In this document: positions 48,301 to 57,199 of the stretch, piece after piece
Position numbering within the stretch: the first letter of the stretch is position 1
Layout of the letters: each line of letters begins with the position of its first letter
NCBI GenBank assembly: GCA_002292855.1
Contig: DBBY01000042.1
Coordinates: 3,288 to 67,287 of the forward strand
DNA: 64,000 bases
Reading direction: 5' to 3'
Source: Flavobacteriales bacterium UBA972
Lineage (GTDB): Bacteria > Bacteroidota > Bacteroidia > Flavobacteriales > Schleiferiaceae
Position numbers and translations under genes: made by a program
Notes under the pieces: generated by a model
Database searches by the model: none
Seen by the model: only the letters and a program-made list of their open reading frames with translations
Told to the model about the DNA's origin: nothing

Positions 48301-48438
48301 TCTGCGTTATGGGGAAGCTACTCGATGCGGTCGGATCCTACGCAGTCCATGAAGGACCAGCGCCGAGTGGTGGCCGAGCAACTTACCGAACTTGAGAAGC
48401 AGCTTCTGAACCTGCTCGCTCAAAGTTCGAAGTGGTAG
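45331..48438 (+). CDS. large secreted BNR/Asp-box repeat protein (sortilin/VPS10-like double beta-propeller) with a C-terminal coiled coil
   Basis: Signal peptide. Multiple SxDxGxTW boxes (STDGGSSW, TTDGGTTW, SEDGGETW, SEDGGATF, STDGGLTW). Confidence 0.7.
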   Translation: MKHLIWMAALLALPASLEAQKLDALAFRAVGPALTSGRVADLAINPLNPDEWYVAAASGGVWKTANHGLTFEPLFDDQGSYSIGCITLDPSNSHTVWVGTGENNNQRSVAYGDGVYKSTDGGSSWTNVGLKASEHIGMIAVHPKNSNIVWVAAYGPLWSSGGERGIYKTTDGGTTWRRVLNVSEHTGFNEVHLDPRNPNILFATAHQRRRHVHTYVSGGPESGLWKSEDGGETWSEVKNGIPNGDKGRLSLAISPVNPDLHYLMVEGHGTYRSTNRGASYSKRSDHATSGNYYVELIASRSDANTLYSMDTYVQWSEDGGATFKSLGEKNKHVDNHAFWQNPSNPKHLILGCDGGIYETWDHGQAWHYKENLPITQFYRVSVDNAEPFYGIYGGTQDNFSLGGPSRTINDRGIVNSDWYVTQTGDGFESQIDPSDPNIVYAQAQYGGLQRFDKKSGEGVPIKPIEPLGGKAWRWNWDAPLLISPHDSKTLYFAANVVFKSVNRGNSWTPISGDLSRQLDRHLLPVMGKIQGLDAIAYKQSTSMYGTITALHESPKVKGLLAVGTDDGLIHVSSDAGANWIKLDKLPGIPDLTFVNDVKWSQHSADVLYAVFNNHKNGDFKPYLMVSKNRGKTWEALSAGLPQRGSTYVIAEDHKDGSLLFVGTEFGVFTSTDGGLTWTELKKGLPTVAVRDIAIQQREDDLVLATFGRGFYVLDDYSPLREIKNDIKKNEAIVLPIKPVVLFHEASPLGYGGAGFLGAGYYMADNPKVGATFTYWVKNAPKTLKEQREELEKKNSASVYPSKEAIRAEAEEAKPHLSLVIRSSEGKVVRILQAKYVNGLKRSTWDGKLARSASPDKGSYLAPAGSYSLQLVGVQGTKIDTLTKPLGFKVSHLSNLSLPAEKSADLVLLQNQLDALQQRMDLVLRQMDEVETRLDRIEKQVDYGVNSPANLLGEVAKVRAEWRSLSLILDGDELIASKEFETMPGLRDRLSSALWGSYSMRSDPTQSMKDQRRVVAEQLTELEKQLLNLLAQSSKW

Positions 48439-48460
48439 AGGCTTAAGAGAAAACCAATTA

Positions 48461-48492
48461 AAGGCGGCACCCTCGGGTCTCGCCTTTTTTTT
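48461..48492. terminator. hairpin + T-run between convergent genes (terminator of the BNR gene)
   Basis: AAAGGCGgcACCCtcGGGTctCGCC followed by TTTTTTTT. Confidence 0.55.
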
Positions 48493-48500
48493 GGAGCCAA

Positions 48501-49574
48501 TTAAAAGCGGTAGACGAATGCACTGATGTTCATTCCTGCGCCAACACTGCCAAATAGCACGATGTCGCCAGGTTTGATCTCGTGCCCCTGGTACTTTTCA
48601 CGCAATACAAGGTCAAGCAGAGTAGGCACGGTAGCCACCGAACTGTTGCCCATATGCTGGATAGACATGGGCATAACCTGGTCGAGGTCCGCAACCATAC
48701 CATAGAGCTTATAGAGGCGCTCCCCCACCCCGTGATCGAGTTTTGCGTTGGCCTGATGCATGAAAATTTTCTTGACGTCCTTGAGGTCAACGCCAGCATT
48801 ATCAAGGGCGGCCTTCATGGCATCGGGCACGTGGCGAAGGGCAAATTCATAAATTTTGCGTCCCTTCATGCGCAAAAAGCGCTCGTTGCGGTCACCCAGC
48901 GGATTCACTGAAGGCGAGGATCGCAGGTAGTAGGCCTCGTCTTTGGTATGGGTCGCACTTGCGAAGCCGAGAATTCCTGCACCCTGAGCATTCTCGCGAA
49001 CCTCCAGGCAGGTGGCGCCAGCGCCGTCCGCAAAAATCATGGAATCGCGATCGTGCACGTCGATGATGCGAGAGAGCGTTTCGGTACCGATTACCAATGC
49101 CTTTTTGGCCATCCCTGCCTGCAAGTATGCGTTGGCAACCAGCACGCCTTGAATCCATCCTGGGCATCCCGCAAGTACATCAAAGGCAACGGTACTGGGG
49201 TTGACTATACCAAGGTTGTGCTTGATCCGCGAGGCAATAGAGGGCAACTGATCAATGCGGCGGGTGCCTAAATCGATGTCTCCGTAATTCTGTCCTACAA
49301 TAATTATATCAAGATCCTCGGGATTCCATCCGGATTGGCGAAGCGCCTTTTGAGCGGCCTCCGTACCTAGGTCTGAGGAATTCTGGTCCGCACGAGCATA
49401 ACGGCGCTCCACGATTTCAGTAATTTGCTGAAACTTTTCAATGACTACCTCGTTGGAGTAGGGAAATGGCTGGCCATTTTCGTCCATGAATTCGCGGTCT
49501 AAGAACGCGGAGTTGGGTATGATTTCTTCAGGGAGGACTGATCCAGTTCCAGCAATTACAACGGCATGATTCAT
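48501..49574 (-). CDS. fabH: 3-oxoacyl-ACP synthase III (KAS III)
   Basis: Cys/His/Asn triad contexts LAGCPGW, FMHQAN, MGNSSVAT. 357 aa. Confidence 0.75.
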   Translation of the reverse strand: MNHAVVIAGTGSVLPEEIIPNSAFLDREFMDENGQPFPYSNEVVIEKFQQITEIVERRYARADQNSSDLGTEAAQKALRQSGWNPEDLDIIIVGQNYGDIDLGTRRIDQLPSIASRIKHNLGIVNPSTVAFDVLAGCPGWIQGVLVANAYLQAGMAKKALVIGTETLSRIIDVHDRDSMIFADGAGATCLEVRENAQGAGILGFASATHTKDEAYYLRSSPSVNPLGDRNERFLRMKGRKIYEFALRHVPDAMKAALDNAGVDLKDVKKIFMHQANAKLDHGVGERLYKLYGMVADLDQVMPMSIQHMGNSSVATVPTLLDLVLREKYQGHEIKPGDIVLFGSVGAGMNISAFVYRF

Positions 49575-49579
49575 GCGTG

Positions 49580-49587
49580 CAAAAGTA
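49580..49587 (-). promoter_or_regulatory. -7 box TACTTTTG, 5 nt upstream of the fabH ATG
   Basis: Exact TAnnTTTG match in the 49-nt divergent region. Confidence 0.4.
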
Positions 49588-49610
49588 CCATTTTCGCCCC
49601 AATGCCCCTA

Positions 49611-49618
49611 TACCTTTG
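49611..49618 (+). promoter_or_regulatory. -7 box TACCTTTG, 5 nt upstream of the folE ATG
   Basis: Exact TAnnTTTG match in the 49-nt divergent region. Confidence 0.4.
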
Positions 49619-49623
49619 TGCCT

Positions 49624-50295
49624 ATGAAATCTCCCGACCACGATCACTTGAGTGCGAGCGTTTCCACCCCGCTTCGCGACGACGCATTTTTGATCAGCGA
49701 CGACCAAAAAATCGCCCTTATTGAAGGCCATGTGCGCGGAATTCTCGAAACCCTCGGAATGAACCTCGAGGACGACAGCCTGCGCGGAACCCCGAGGCGC
49801 GTGGCAAAAATGTACGTTAAAGAGACCTTTGGCGGACTCCACCCCGACCGGGCGCCCGACATGAATACGTTTGAGAACAACTACCATTATGGCGAAATGC
49901 TGGTAGAAAAAAACATCGTCGTCTACTCTACCTGCGAACACCACCTCATGCCCATCGTGGGCCGCGCCCACATCGCTTACCTGGGCAAAGACCGAGTGAT
50001 TGGCTTGAGTAAAATGAACCGCATCGTCGATTTTTATGCCAAGCGTCCTCAGGTGCAAGAGCGCCTGACCCGCCAAATTGTGGAGTCCCTCATCGAGGCA
50101 CTCAGCACCCAGGATGTAGCCGTACTCATTGATGCCAAGCATCTTTGCGTCAATGCTCGCGGAATTCGCGACGTACACTCAAGCACCATAACGGCAGAGT
50201 ACCACGGTCGATTTTTGACCGAAGAAGCCCTGAAAACAGAATTTTTAGCCTACATTCAACTGCAAACCACGTTTGGCGACAGCCCGACCACATGA
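49624..50295 (+). CDS. folE: GTP cyclohydrolase I
   Basis: GTPRRVAKMY..STCEHHLMPIVG.AHIAY..GLSK..R.V..YAKRPQVQERLT. Confidence 0.9.
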   Translation: MKSPDHDHLSASVSTPLRDDAFLISDDQKIALIEGHVRGILETLGMNLEDDSLRGTPRRVAKMYVKETFGGLHPDRAPDMNTFENNYHYGEMLVEKNIVVYSTCEHHLMPIVGRAHIAYLGKDRVIGLSKMNRIVDFYAKRPQVQERLTRQIVESLIEALSTQDVAVLIDAKHLCVNARGIRDVHSSTITAEYHGRFLTEEALKTEFLAYIQLQTTFGDSPTT

Positions 50296-51770
50296 GCAAC
50301 CTGCATCTGTACGACAGCCTGACCGGCGCCCTTCGGCGGTTTGAAGCCCTGAATGCTCCGCACGTTGGTATGTACGTCTGCGGCCCGACCGTCTACAGCG
50401 ACGTGCACTTGGGCAACACGCGGACTTTTTTGAGTTTTGACCTGCTCTTTCGCTACCTCAAGCATCTGGGCTATCAAGTGCGCTATGTGCGGAATATTAC
50501 CGACGCCGGCCACCTCGAGAACGACGCCGACGCAGGAGAAGATAAAATCGCCAAAAAGGCTCGCCTCGAGCAGCTCGAGCCGATGGAAATCGTTCAGCGC
50601 TACACTCTTGGCTTTCATGCCGTAATGCAGGCCTACAATGCGCTACCTCCCTCTATTGAACCCACGGCAACCGGCCATATTGTGGAGCAGATGGAGCTCA
50701 TCAAGAAGCTTCTTGCCGACGGCTATGCCTACGAAGCCAAGGGCAGCGTGTACTTCAGCATTGAGACCTACCTCCAAAACCATCCCTACGGAGAACTGTC
50801 GGGCCGCAGCATTGACGACCTCGAAACCGGTACCCGCGAACTCGAAGGGCAAACCGACAAGCGCCACCCCCTTGACTTTGCCCTCTGGAAGAAGGCCATG
50901 CCCGAACACATTATGCGATGGCCCTCGCCCTGGAGCGAAGGCTTCCCCGGCTGGCACTTGGAATGCTCCGCAATGAGCACCAAATACCTAGGCAGTGAAT
51001 TTGACATCCATGGTGGGGGAATGGACTTGAAGTTTCCGCACCACGAATGCGAACTAGCGCAAAATAAAGGAGCCACCGGCCACGGAGGCGCGCGGTACTG
51101 GCTTCATGCCAACATGCTCACGCTCAACGGCAAGAGAATGGCCAAGTCCACCGGCAACACCCTAGACCCACGCGACCTGCTCACTGGCCAGAGCGAGCAT
51201 CTGAGCAAGGCATACAGCCCTGGAGCAGTGCGGTTTTTCATGCACCAGGCCCACTACCGGAGCGTTTTAGACTTTAGTGACTCCGCGCTGCAGGCGGCCG
51301 AAAAAGGATACCATAGGCTGCTAGCCTCCATGCAGATTCTTCGCAAGCGACCGGCCCAAGGGCCTGAGCAGGGAACGTGGAACTTCGGCGAATGGGATGC
51401 TGCTTGTACCGAAGCCATGAACCAGGATTTGAACAGTCCCATACTAATCGCTCAGCTTTTTGAGGCGACCAAAGCAATTGCAGCGGACCAAAACGACCCT
51501 AAGGTGCTCGGAGTATCAGGCGCAAAAGAACTCCTAGGCCGAATGGAGGTTTGGATGTACGAGGTTTTGGGCCTCGCTCCCGAGCACCAGGCTAATAACC
51601 AGCAATGGCAAAAAGCACTGGACTCCGCCATGTCGGTGGTTCTGGACCTGAGGCAAAAGGCGCGTGAAACCAAAAACTGGCCAGCCAGCGATGCCCTCAG
51701 GGATACCCTTGCCGAAGGGGGGATCGTGGTTCTCGATGGACCAGAAGGGAGCAGCTACCGCCTGGAATGA
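50292..51770 (+). CDS. cysS: cysteine--tRNA ligase
   Basis: [16 protein letters not shown] (HIGH region), [28 protein letters not shown] (KMSKS). ATGA overlap with folE. Confidence 0.9.
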   Translation: MSNLHLYDSLTGALRRFEALNAPHVGMYVCGPTVYSDVHLGNTRTFLSFDLLFRYLKHLGYQVRYVRNITDAGHLENDADAGEDKIAKKARLEQLEPMEIVQRYTLGFHAVMQAYNALPPSIEPTATGHIVEQMELIKKLLADGYAYEAKGSVYFSIETYLQNHPYGELSGRSIDDLETGTRELEGQTDKRHPLDFALWKKAMPEHIMRWPSPWSEGFPGWHLECSAMSTKYLGSEFDIHGGGMDLKFPHHECELAQNKGATGHGGARYWLHANMLTLNGKRMAKSTGNTLDPRDLLTGQSEHLSKAYSPGAVRFFMHQAHYRSVLDFSDSALQAAEKGYHRLLASMQILRKRPAQGPEQGTWNFGEWDAACTEAMNQDLNSPILIAQLFEATKAIAADQNDPKVLGVSGAKELLGRMEVWMYEVLGLAPEHQANNQQWQKALDSAMSVVLDLRQKARETKNWPASDALRDTLAEGGIVVLDGPEGSSYRLE

Positions 51771-52027
51771 AGCGCGGGTTCCTCTGGATTGCCTCCGCGC
51801 CGATGCTGGCCCTAATTGGATTGTATAAATACGTCATTTCTCCGCTGACGCCCCCGAGCTGCCGCCACTACCCAAGCTGCTCAACCTATGCTGGCGAAGC
51901 CATCAAAGAATGGGGGCCTTTTTCAGGATCATGGCTGACAATCAAACGGTTAGGTCGGTGCCACCCCTGGGGGACTTCGGGATTTGACCCCGTTCCTAAA
52001 AAGTCAGAATTCCCAGACCAAGGCTGA
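51767..52027 (+). CDS. yidD: membrane protein insertion efficiency factor YidD
   Basis: [24 protein letters not shown]. Confidence 0.9.
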   Translation: MKRGFLWIASAPMLALIGLYKYVISPLTPPSCRHYPSCSTYAGEAIKEWGPFSGSWLTIKRLGRCHPWGTSGFDPVPKKSEFPDQG

Positions 52028-52050
52028 GCGAGAAATCCTAACTTTAGGCC

Positions 52051-53121
52051 ATGCTTGCCACCATCACTTGGGTCGCCGACCGCGGCATTGAACTCGGTCC
52101 GCTCTTCATCCGCTACTACCAGCTTTTCTTTTTTCTCGGATTTTTCTTGGGATTCCGCTGGATGAAAAAAGTGTTCAAAGACGAGGGCATCGACCTCAGT
52201 ATTTTGGACGCCCTTTTGTCAACCATGGTGTTCGCCACGGTGGTCGGAGCGAGATTGGGTCATGTGTTCTTCTACGACTGGGGCTACTACCGCGAGCACC
52301 CCATAGAAATTTTAATGCCGTGGAAAGGGGGTCTGGCCTCTCACGGTGCTGCCATCGTAATTATTGCCGCCCTGATATGGTTTCGCCATAAATACCTGAA
52401 GCCCATTGGCAAGAGTTCGCTGTGGTTGCTCGACCGAGTGGTGATTACCGTGGCCCTGGCGGCGGCATTCATTCGACTTGGAAACTTCACCAATAGCGAG
52501 ATCTACGGCCAGCCTCAAAATTCCGCCGTAGAAACCGTTTTTGTGCGGAACATTACCGACTACGTAGAACGCTACTTTGCACGCGACGTTTCTGAGGTGG
52601 ACTACATTGCCACGGGCAAAACGCTCGAGACCGACAGCCTGAGCCTGCCGGAGTACGAAATGCGCTTTAAGCCCACCGAGACGGCAAGCCTTGACGGGGT
52701 TCAGTCCATGGTGGAACTCTACCTTGAGCCCTTGATCAACCGCCAAAACGCCGACAACCGACACCTATACCTGCCTCAAGACCAACTGGTAAGGGAGGAG
52801 AATGGCTACTACGTGCTCAAAGCCTACGGAATTCCGCGAGCGCCGAGCCAAATTTATGAGGCCATAGCCTATGCCTTGATTTATGCCTTCCTCTTGCTGC
52901 TCTTTCAGCGCGGAGCTGCGGCGCGGGAGGGACAAATTTTGGGGGCCTTCCTCGCCCTGGTTTTTGGATTTCGAATCGTGGTCGAATTTATCAAGGCCAA
53001 CCAAAAGGACTTTGAAACAGGCATGGATTTGAACATGGGGCAATGGCTTAGCATTCCGCTCGTTGCTGCCGGACTATGGCTCTGGATTCGCAGCCTTCAA
53101 AAGCCTATTAAATCGGCCTAA
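52051..53121 (+). CDS. lgt: prolipoprotein diacylglyceryl transferase (with an enlarged periplasmic insert)
   Basis: WKGGLASHGAA, RLGNFTNSEIYG, PSQIYEA. 356 aa. Confidence 0.85.
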   Translation: MLATITWVADRGIELGPLFIRYYQLFFFLGFFLGFRWMKKVFKDEGIDLSILDALLSTMVFATVVGARLGHVFFYDWGYYREHPIEILMPWKGGLASHGAAIVIIAALIWFRHKYLKPIGKSSLWLLDRVVITVALAAAFIRLGNFTNSEIYGQPQNSAVETVFVRNITDYVERYFARDVSEVDYIATGKTLETDSLSLPEYEMRFKPTETASLDGVQSMVELYLEPLINRQNADNRHLYLPQDQLVREENGYYVLKAYGIPRAPSQIYEAIAYALIYAFLLLLFQRGAAAREGQILGAFLALVFGFRIVVEFIKANQKDFETGMDLNMGQWLSIPLVAAGLWLWIRSLQKPIKSA

Positions 53122-53123
53122 GC

Positions 53124-53657
53124 ATGAACCGAACTCTACTCAAGCGACTTGGATTGGGGCTCATGCTTCTGGCATTAATTGGTTTAATCCTGCCCTCTAT
53201 GGGTTCATGGTTCCGCAGCGCACCGGACTCAAGGCAGCCAACTGCTGCAGAAACCCAATCTATGGAGCCCCAATTTACCGAAGAGGGCGTTGGGGCCTTC
53301 GTGGACCAAAATGGAGACACTATAGCATCGTTCCGCCTGGAATTGGCCGAGACCGCCGCAGAAACAGCCCAGGGAATGATGTACCGAAGAAGCGTTCCCG
53401 AAGGAACTGGCATGCTGTTCATCATGGCGGAGGAGCGGCCTCAGAGCTTTTGGATGCGCAATACCTACGTACCCCTGGACATCATCTACCTCAAGGCAGA
53501 CGGAGCGGTTGTCAGCATTCAGGCCAACGCCCAGCCGATGAACGACATGCCTTTACCTTCAGAGGGTCCGGCAAAATACGTACTCGAAATCGCGGGCGGA
53601 GGCTCTGCTCAATATGGAATTAAACCAGGCATAAAGTGGTTATGGAAGCAAAATTGA
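53124..53657 (+). CDS. DUF192-domain secreted protein
   Basis: GMMYR..GMLFIM..FWMRNTYVPLDIIYL.. Confidence 0.7.
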   Translation: MNRTLLKRLGLGLMLLALIGLILPSMGSWFRSAPDSRQPTAAETQSMEPQFTEEGVGAFVDQNGDTIASFRLELAETAAETAQGMMYRRSVPEGTGMLFIMAEERPQSFWMRNTYVPLDIIYLKADGAVVSIQANAQPMNDMPLPSEGPAKYVLEIAGGGSAQYGIKPGIKWLWKQN

Positions 53658-54970
53658 CCTTCGCCGCAGCGGCATTGATTGCGGCAACTTCGGCCATGGG
53701 CCAAGCGCAATGGCAAGTAACAAAAATTACCGAGGCCTCAGGACGCGAAAATTGGGCCTGCGAACCATCGGTGGCGGTGGATCCCCTAGGAAGCTCGGTC
53801 TACCTTGGCAATGTACTCAACCAACTGCACCGCAATAAGCGCAACGGAGCGCCCGATGCTTGGGATCTTAATTATGCACTCCAATCGTCGCTAGGGGTTT
53901 ATGGTGACCCCATTCTGGCCCATGACCACCAAGGCAGACTCTATTATCTTCACCTTGCGGACCCGAGCGGACAGGGCCGAGCAGGGGAATCATGGCTCGA
54001 CCGCATCGTAATCCAATGGAGCGACAACGAGGGCAAAACCTGGTCAGACGGAGCGGGAATTGGGCATAATCCGCCCAAAGACCAGGACAAAGAAGGAATT
54101 GCCATCGACCCAGGCAACGGAATTCTACACGTTTCTTGGACTGAATTCGACCAATACGGCCGCACGGAACCGGAATTTCGCTCGCGAATCCGCTTCAGCC
54201 AGTCCTACGACCGGGGCGAAACCTGGTCCCCTGCCCTTACGGTGTCTCACAAAGAGGGCAACTGCATTGACGACGACCTAACGCCCGAAGGAGCGATACC
54301 CGTGACTGACCCACTCGGAGGGGTAGCGGTGGTCTGGGCGTACAACGACACCATTTGGATGAACCGGTCCGACGACGACGGTGCATTGAATTGGATGCCA
54401 GCTGACCGCCCTATTGCCCGCCAGATCGGCGGTTGGTCCCAAGAGATTCCTGCCTTGGGACGCGCCAACGGAATGCCTATGTCGTTTTTTGCTCCCAACG
54501 GAGACTGGCACCTGATTTATGGGGAGCAGGACGCAAACCGCTCTTGGGTGACCCACGCCAAGTCGGTGGACCACGGAGAAAACTGGTCTACCCCCAGCCG
54601 CTTGCCCGTACCCGACAGCATTCGCCACCACTTTATGCCATGGTTTGCCCTCGATGCATCCAGCGGAGCCCTGCACGTGCTCGCCTACGGCCAGACCGAC
54701 AGCCTTGCGACGCAGGCATGGGTTCACCGCTCCGACGATGCAGGAGCCACCTGGCAAGCCACTGCACTGAGCACGGCCTTCACTCCCACCCCAAAGAAGT
54801 TCTTTGGCGACTACTCGGGTATCACGACCCGCAATGGCGAAGTTCACGCTGTTTGGACCGAGCAGCGAGAAGGCATCAACCAGCTTTTTTATGGTCGTTT
54901 TGCCGACCCCGCTCAAGACGCCAACGCACGTGGCAAAAAACCCTCCAAAAAGAGCCAGAAGGCGCCATGA
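53642..54970 (+). CDS. secreted BNR/Asp-box repeat protein, exo-alpha-sialidase-like beta-propeller
   Basis: Signal peptide ..AMGQAQ. Asp-boxes SDNEGKTW, SYDRGETW, SVDHGENW, SDDAGATW. Confidence 0.65.
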   Translation: MEAKLTFAAAALIAATSAMGQAQWQVTKITEASGRENWACEPSVAVDPLGSSVYLGNVLNQLHRNKRNGAPDAWDLNYALQSSLGVYGDPILAHDHQGRLYYLHLADPSGQGRAGESWLDRIVIQWSDNEGKTWSDGAGIGHNPPKDQDKEGIAIDPGNGILHVSWTEFDQYGRTEPEFRSRIRFSQSYDRGETWSPALTVSHKEGNCIDDDLTPEGAIPVTDPLGGVAVVWAYNDTIWMNRSDDDGALNWMPADRPIARQIGGWSQEIPALGRANGMPMSFFAPNGDWHLIYGEQDANRSWVTHAKSVDHGENWSTPSRLPVPDSIRHHFMPWFALDASSGALHVLAYGQTDSLATQAWVHRSDDAGATWQATALSTAFTPTPKKFFGDYSGITTRNGEVHAVWTEQREGINQLFYGRFADPAQDANARGKKPSKKSQKAP

Positions 54971-55659
54971 ACCTGCTGCTCGCCTCGACCTCTACGGTGC
55001 ATGGCAGCCCCTACCTGAGCTACCTCAGCGCGGAGTGGATTGAGCATTTTAGCGGGCGACTGGTAGTATTTGTTCCCTATGCCCGACCCATGGGCAAAAG
55101 CTGGGATGCCTATACCCAAATTCCAAAGTCAGTAATGGCCGCAGCGGGTATTGAACTGCGCGGAGTACAGGAGTTTGCTTCCCCAGCCGAGGCAGCCCGT
55201 CAGGCCGAAGGATGGTTTGTAGGCGGCGGGAACACTTTTGTACTGCGAAAGTCCTTGCGCGAGACCGGTCTTGAGCCCCTGCTCGATGAAAGCGTCCGCA
55301 ACGGAACTCCCTACATGGGCAGCAGCGCGGGAATCAACATCGCCGGGCCCAGCATTGGGACGACCAACGACATGCCCATTGTGGAGGTACCGACCCTCCA
55401 GGCAATGGCCTGGCTTCCCTTTAATTTGAATCCGCACTACCTCGACCCCCAGCCGGGAGGCAGCCATATGGGCGAAACGCGGGAGCAGCGCATTGCCGAA
55501 TTCCACGCCTTCCACTCCCAGCCCGTGGTTGGCCTTCGCGAAGGCAGCTGGTTGACCTCCAACGGCATCGAGCATCAACTCTGCGGACCCCATTCCGCGC
55601 GAATTTTTAGCCCCGGCCAAGCTGCGGTGGAGTGCCCTCCGGGCCCGCTTCGATTCTAG
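54967..55659 (+). CDS. pepE: dipeptidase E (peptidase S51)
   Basis: MNLLLAS.., GGGNTF, catalytic GSSAG. Start at internal ATG 54967 (ATGA overlap). Confidence 0.8.
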   Translation: MNLLLASTSTVHGSPYLSYLSAEWIEHFSGRLVVFVPYARPMGKSWDAYTQIPKSVMAAAGIELRGVQEFASPAEAARQAEGWFVGGGNTFVLRKSLRETGLEPLLDESVRNGTPYMGSSAGINIAGPSIGTTNDMPIVEVPTLQAMAWLPFNLNPHYLDPQPGGSHMGETREQRIAEFHAFHSQPVVGLREGSWLTSNGIEHQLCGPHSARIFSPGQAAVECPPGPLRF

Positions 55660-55666
55660 AAATCCC

Positions 55667-55674
55667 TACCTTTG
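55667..55674 (+). promoter_or_regulatory. -7 box TACCTTTG, 4 nt upstream of the gpmI GTG start
   Basis: Exact TAnnTTTG match in the 19-nt intergenic region. Confidence 0.35.
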
Positions 55675-55678
55675 CAGC

Positions 55679-57199
55679 GTGCGCAAAGCAGTATTAATCA
55701 TTTTAGACGGTTGGGGCATCGCTTCAGACCCCTCGGTGTCGGCAATCGACCTTGGCGCTACTCCATTTTACGATAGCCTCACAGGCAGCCATCCCAAAAC
55801 CCAGCTCGAGGCCAGCGGTCGCGCCGTAGGATTGCCCGAGGGGCAGATGGGCAACTCCGAGGTCGGCCACATGAACCTTGGCGCCGGCCGCATTGTCTAC
55901 CAAGACTTGGTGCGCATCGACTTGGCCTTTGAAAACGGGACCTTCGCCAAGAATCCGGTCGTTTCTGAGCTCGCCCAGATCGGCGCTGCGGGCGGGCGCA
56001 TTCACCTTCTCGGACTCCTTAGCGACGGTGGGGTCCACAGCCACATTAACCATCTTAAGGGCATTCTGCATACCCTTCATGAGGCCAAGGCTAGCGAGGT
56101 CTTTGTGCACGCCTTCACCGACGGTCGCGACACCGACCCGCAGAGCGGAGCCGGCTTTGTGGGCGAACTGGAATCCTACATGGCGCAAACCACTGGCCGG
56201 CTGGCAAGCCTTTGCGGACGCTACTTTGCCATGGACCGGGACAAGCGCTACGACCGCGTCAAGATCGCCTACGACGCGCTAACTCAAGGTGCGGGCCTTC
56301 CCTGGTCCGGAACCGGGCGCGATGCCCTCACGGCGTCCTATGCCCAGGGAACCACCGACGAATTTCTCCCGCCGCATGTCTTGGATGCCGAAGGCCTGAT
56401 TCGCCCCGGAGATACCGTCCTCTTTTTTAACTACCGCACCGACCGCGGCCGTGAACTGACCGAGGCCCTTCACCAGGGCGGACTGGAGTCCGAGGGAATG
56501 AATCCCGTCGCAAACCTTCGCTTTGTGACGATGACGCGCTACCGATCGAGCTATCAAGGAATTGATGTGCTCTTTGACAAAGACAACCTCATCGATACCC
56601 TCGGAGAGGTCCTGTCTAAGGCGGGCAAGAAGCAAATTCGCATTGCCGAAACCGAGAAATACCCCCACGTAACCTTCTTCTTCTCGGGCGGACGCGAAGA
56701 ACCCTTCGAAGGCGAGCAGCGGCTGCTGCGGGCGTCGCCCAAGGTGGCCACCTATGACCTTCAGCCTGAAATGAGTGCCTTCGAGCTCAGGGATGCCCTG
56801 ATTCCGGCCCTAATTAAGGGCGAAGCCGACTTTATCTGCCTCAATTTTGCCAACCCCGACATGGTTGGCCACACGGGAATCCTCGAAGCCGCAATGAAGG
56901 CCTGCGAAACCGTGGACCAATGCACCCAAAGCCTGGTGGAGGTCGGCCTTGAGTCGGGCTATAGCTTCTTTATTTTGGCGGACCATGGCAATGCAGACTG
57001 CATGCGCAACCCCGACGGCAGCCCCCATACCGCCCACACCACGCAGCCGGTACCCTTCTTTTTAGTCAGCAATGACTCCGCCATCCAAGGTTTGACTTTA
57101 GCCCAGGGAGTTCTCGGCGATGTAGCTCCCACTATTTTGGATTGGATGGGTATCCCCGCACCGAGCGCCATGACCGGTCAATCCTTGCTTCGCCGATGA
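55679..57199 (+). CDS. gpmI: 2,3-bisphosphoglycerate-independent phosphoglycerate mutase
   Basis: ILDGWG, MGNSEVGHMNLGAGR, LSDGGVHSH, NFANPDMVGHTG. GTG start. Confidence 0.9.
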   Translation: MRKAVLIILDGWGIASDPSVSAIDLGATPFYDSLTGSHPKTQLEASGRAVGLPEGQMGNSEVGHMNLGAGRIVYQDLVRIDLAFENGTFAKNPVVSELAQIGAAGGRIHLLGLLSDGGVHSHINHLKGILHTLHEAKASEVFVHAFTDGRDTDPQSGAGFVGELESYMAQTTGRLASLCGRYFAMDRDKRYDRVKIAYDALTQGAGLPWSGTGRDALTASYAQGTTDEFLPPHVLDAEGLIRPGDTVLFFNYRTDRGRELTEALHQGGLESEGMNPVANLRFVTMTRYRSSYQGIDVLFDKDNLIDTLGEVLSKAGKKQIRIAETEKYPHVTFFFSGGREEPFEGEQRLLRASPKVATYDLQPEMSAFELRDALIPALIKGEADFICLNFANPDMVGHTGILEAAMKACETVDQCTQSLVEVGLESGYSFFILADHGNADCMRNPDGSPHTAHTTQPVPFFLVSNDSAIQGLTLAQGVLGDVAPTILDWMGIPAPSAMTGQSLLRR

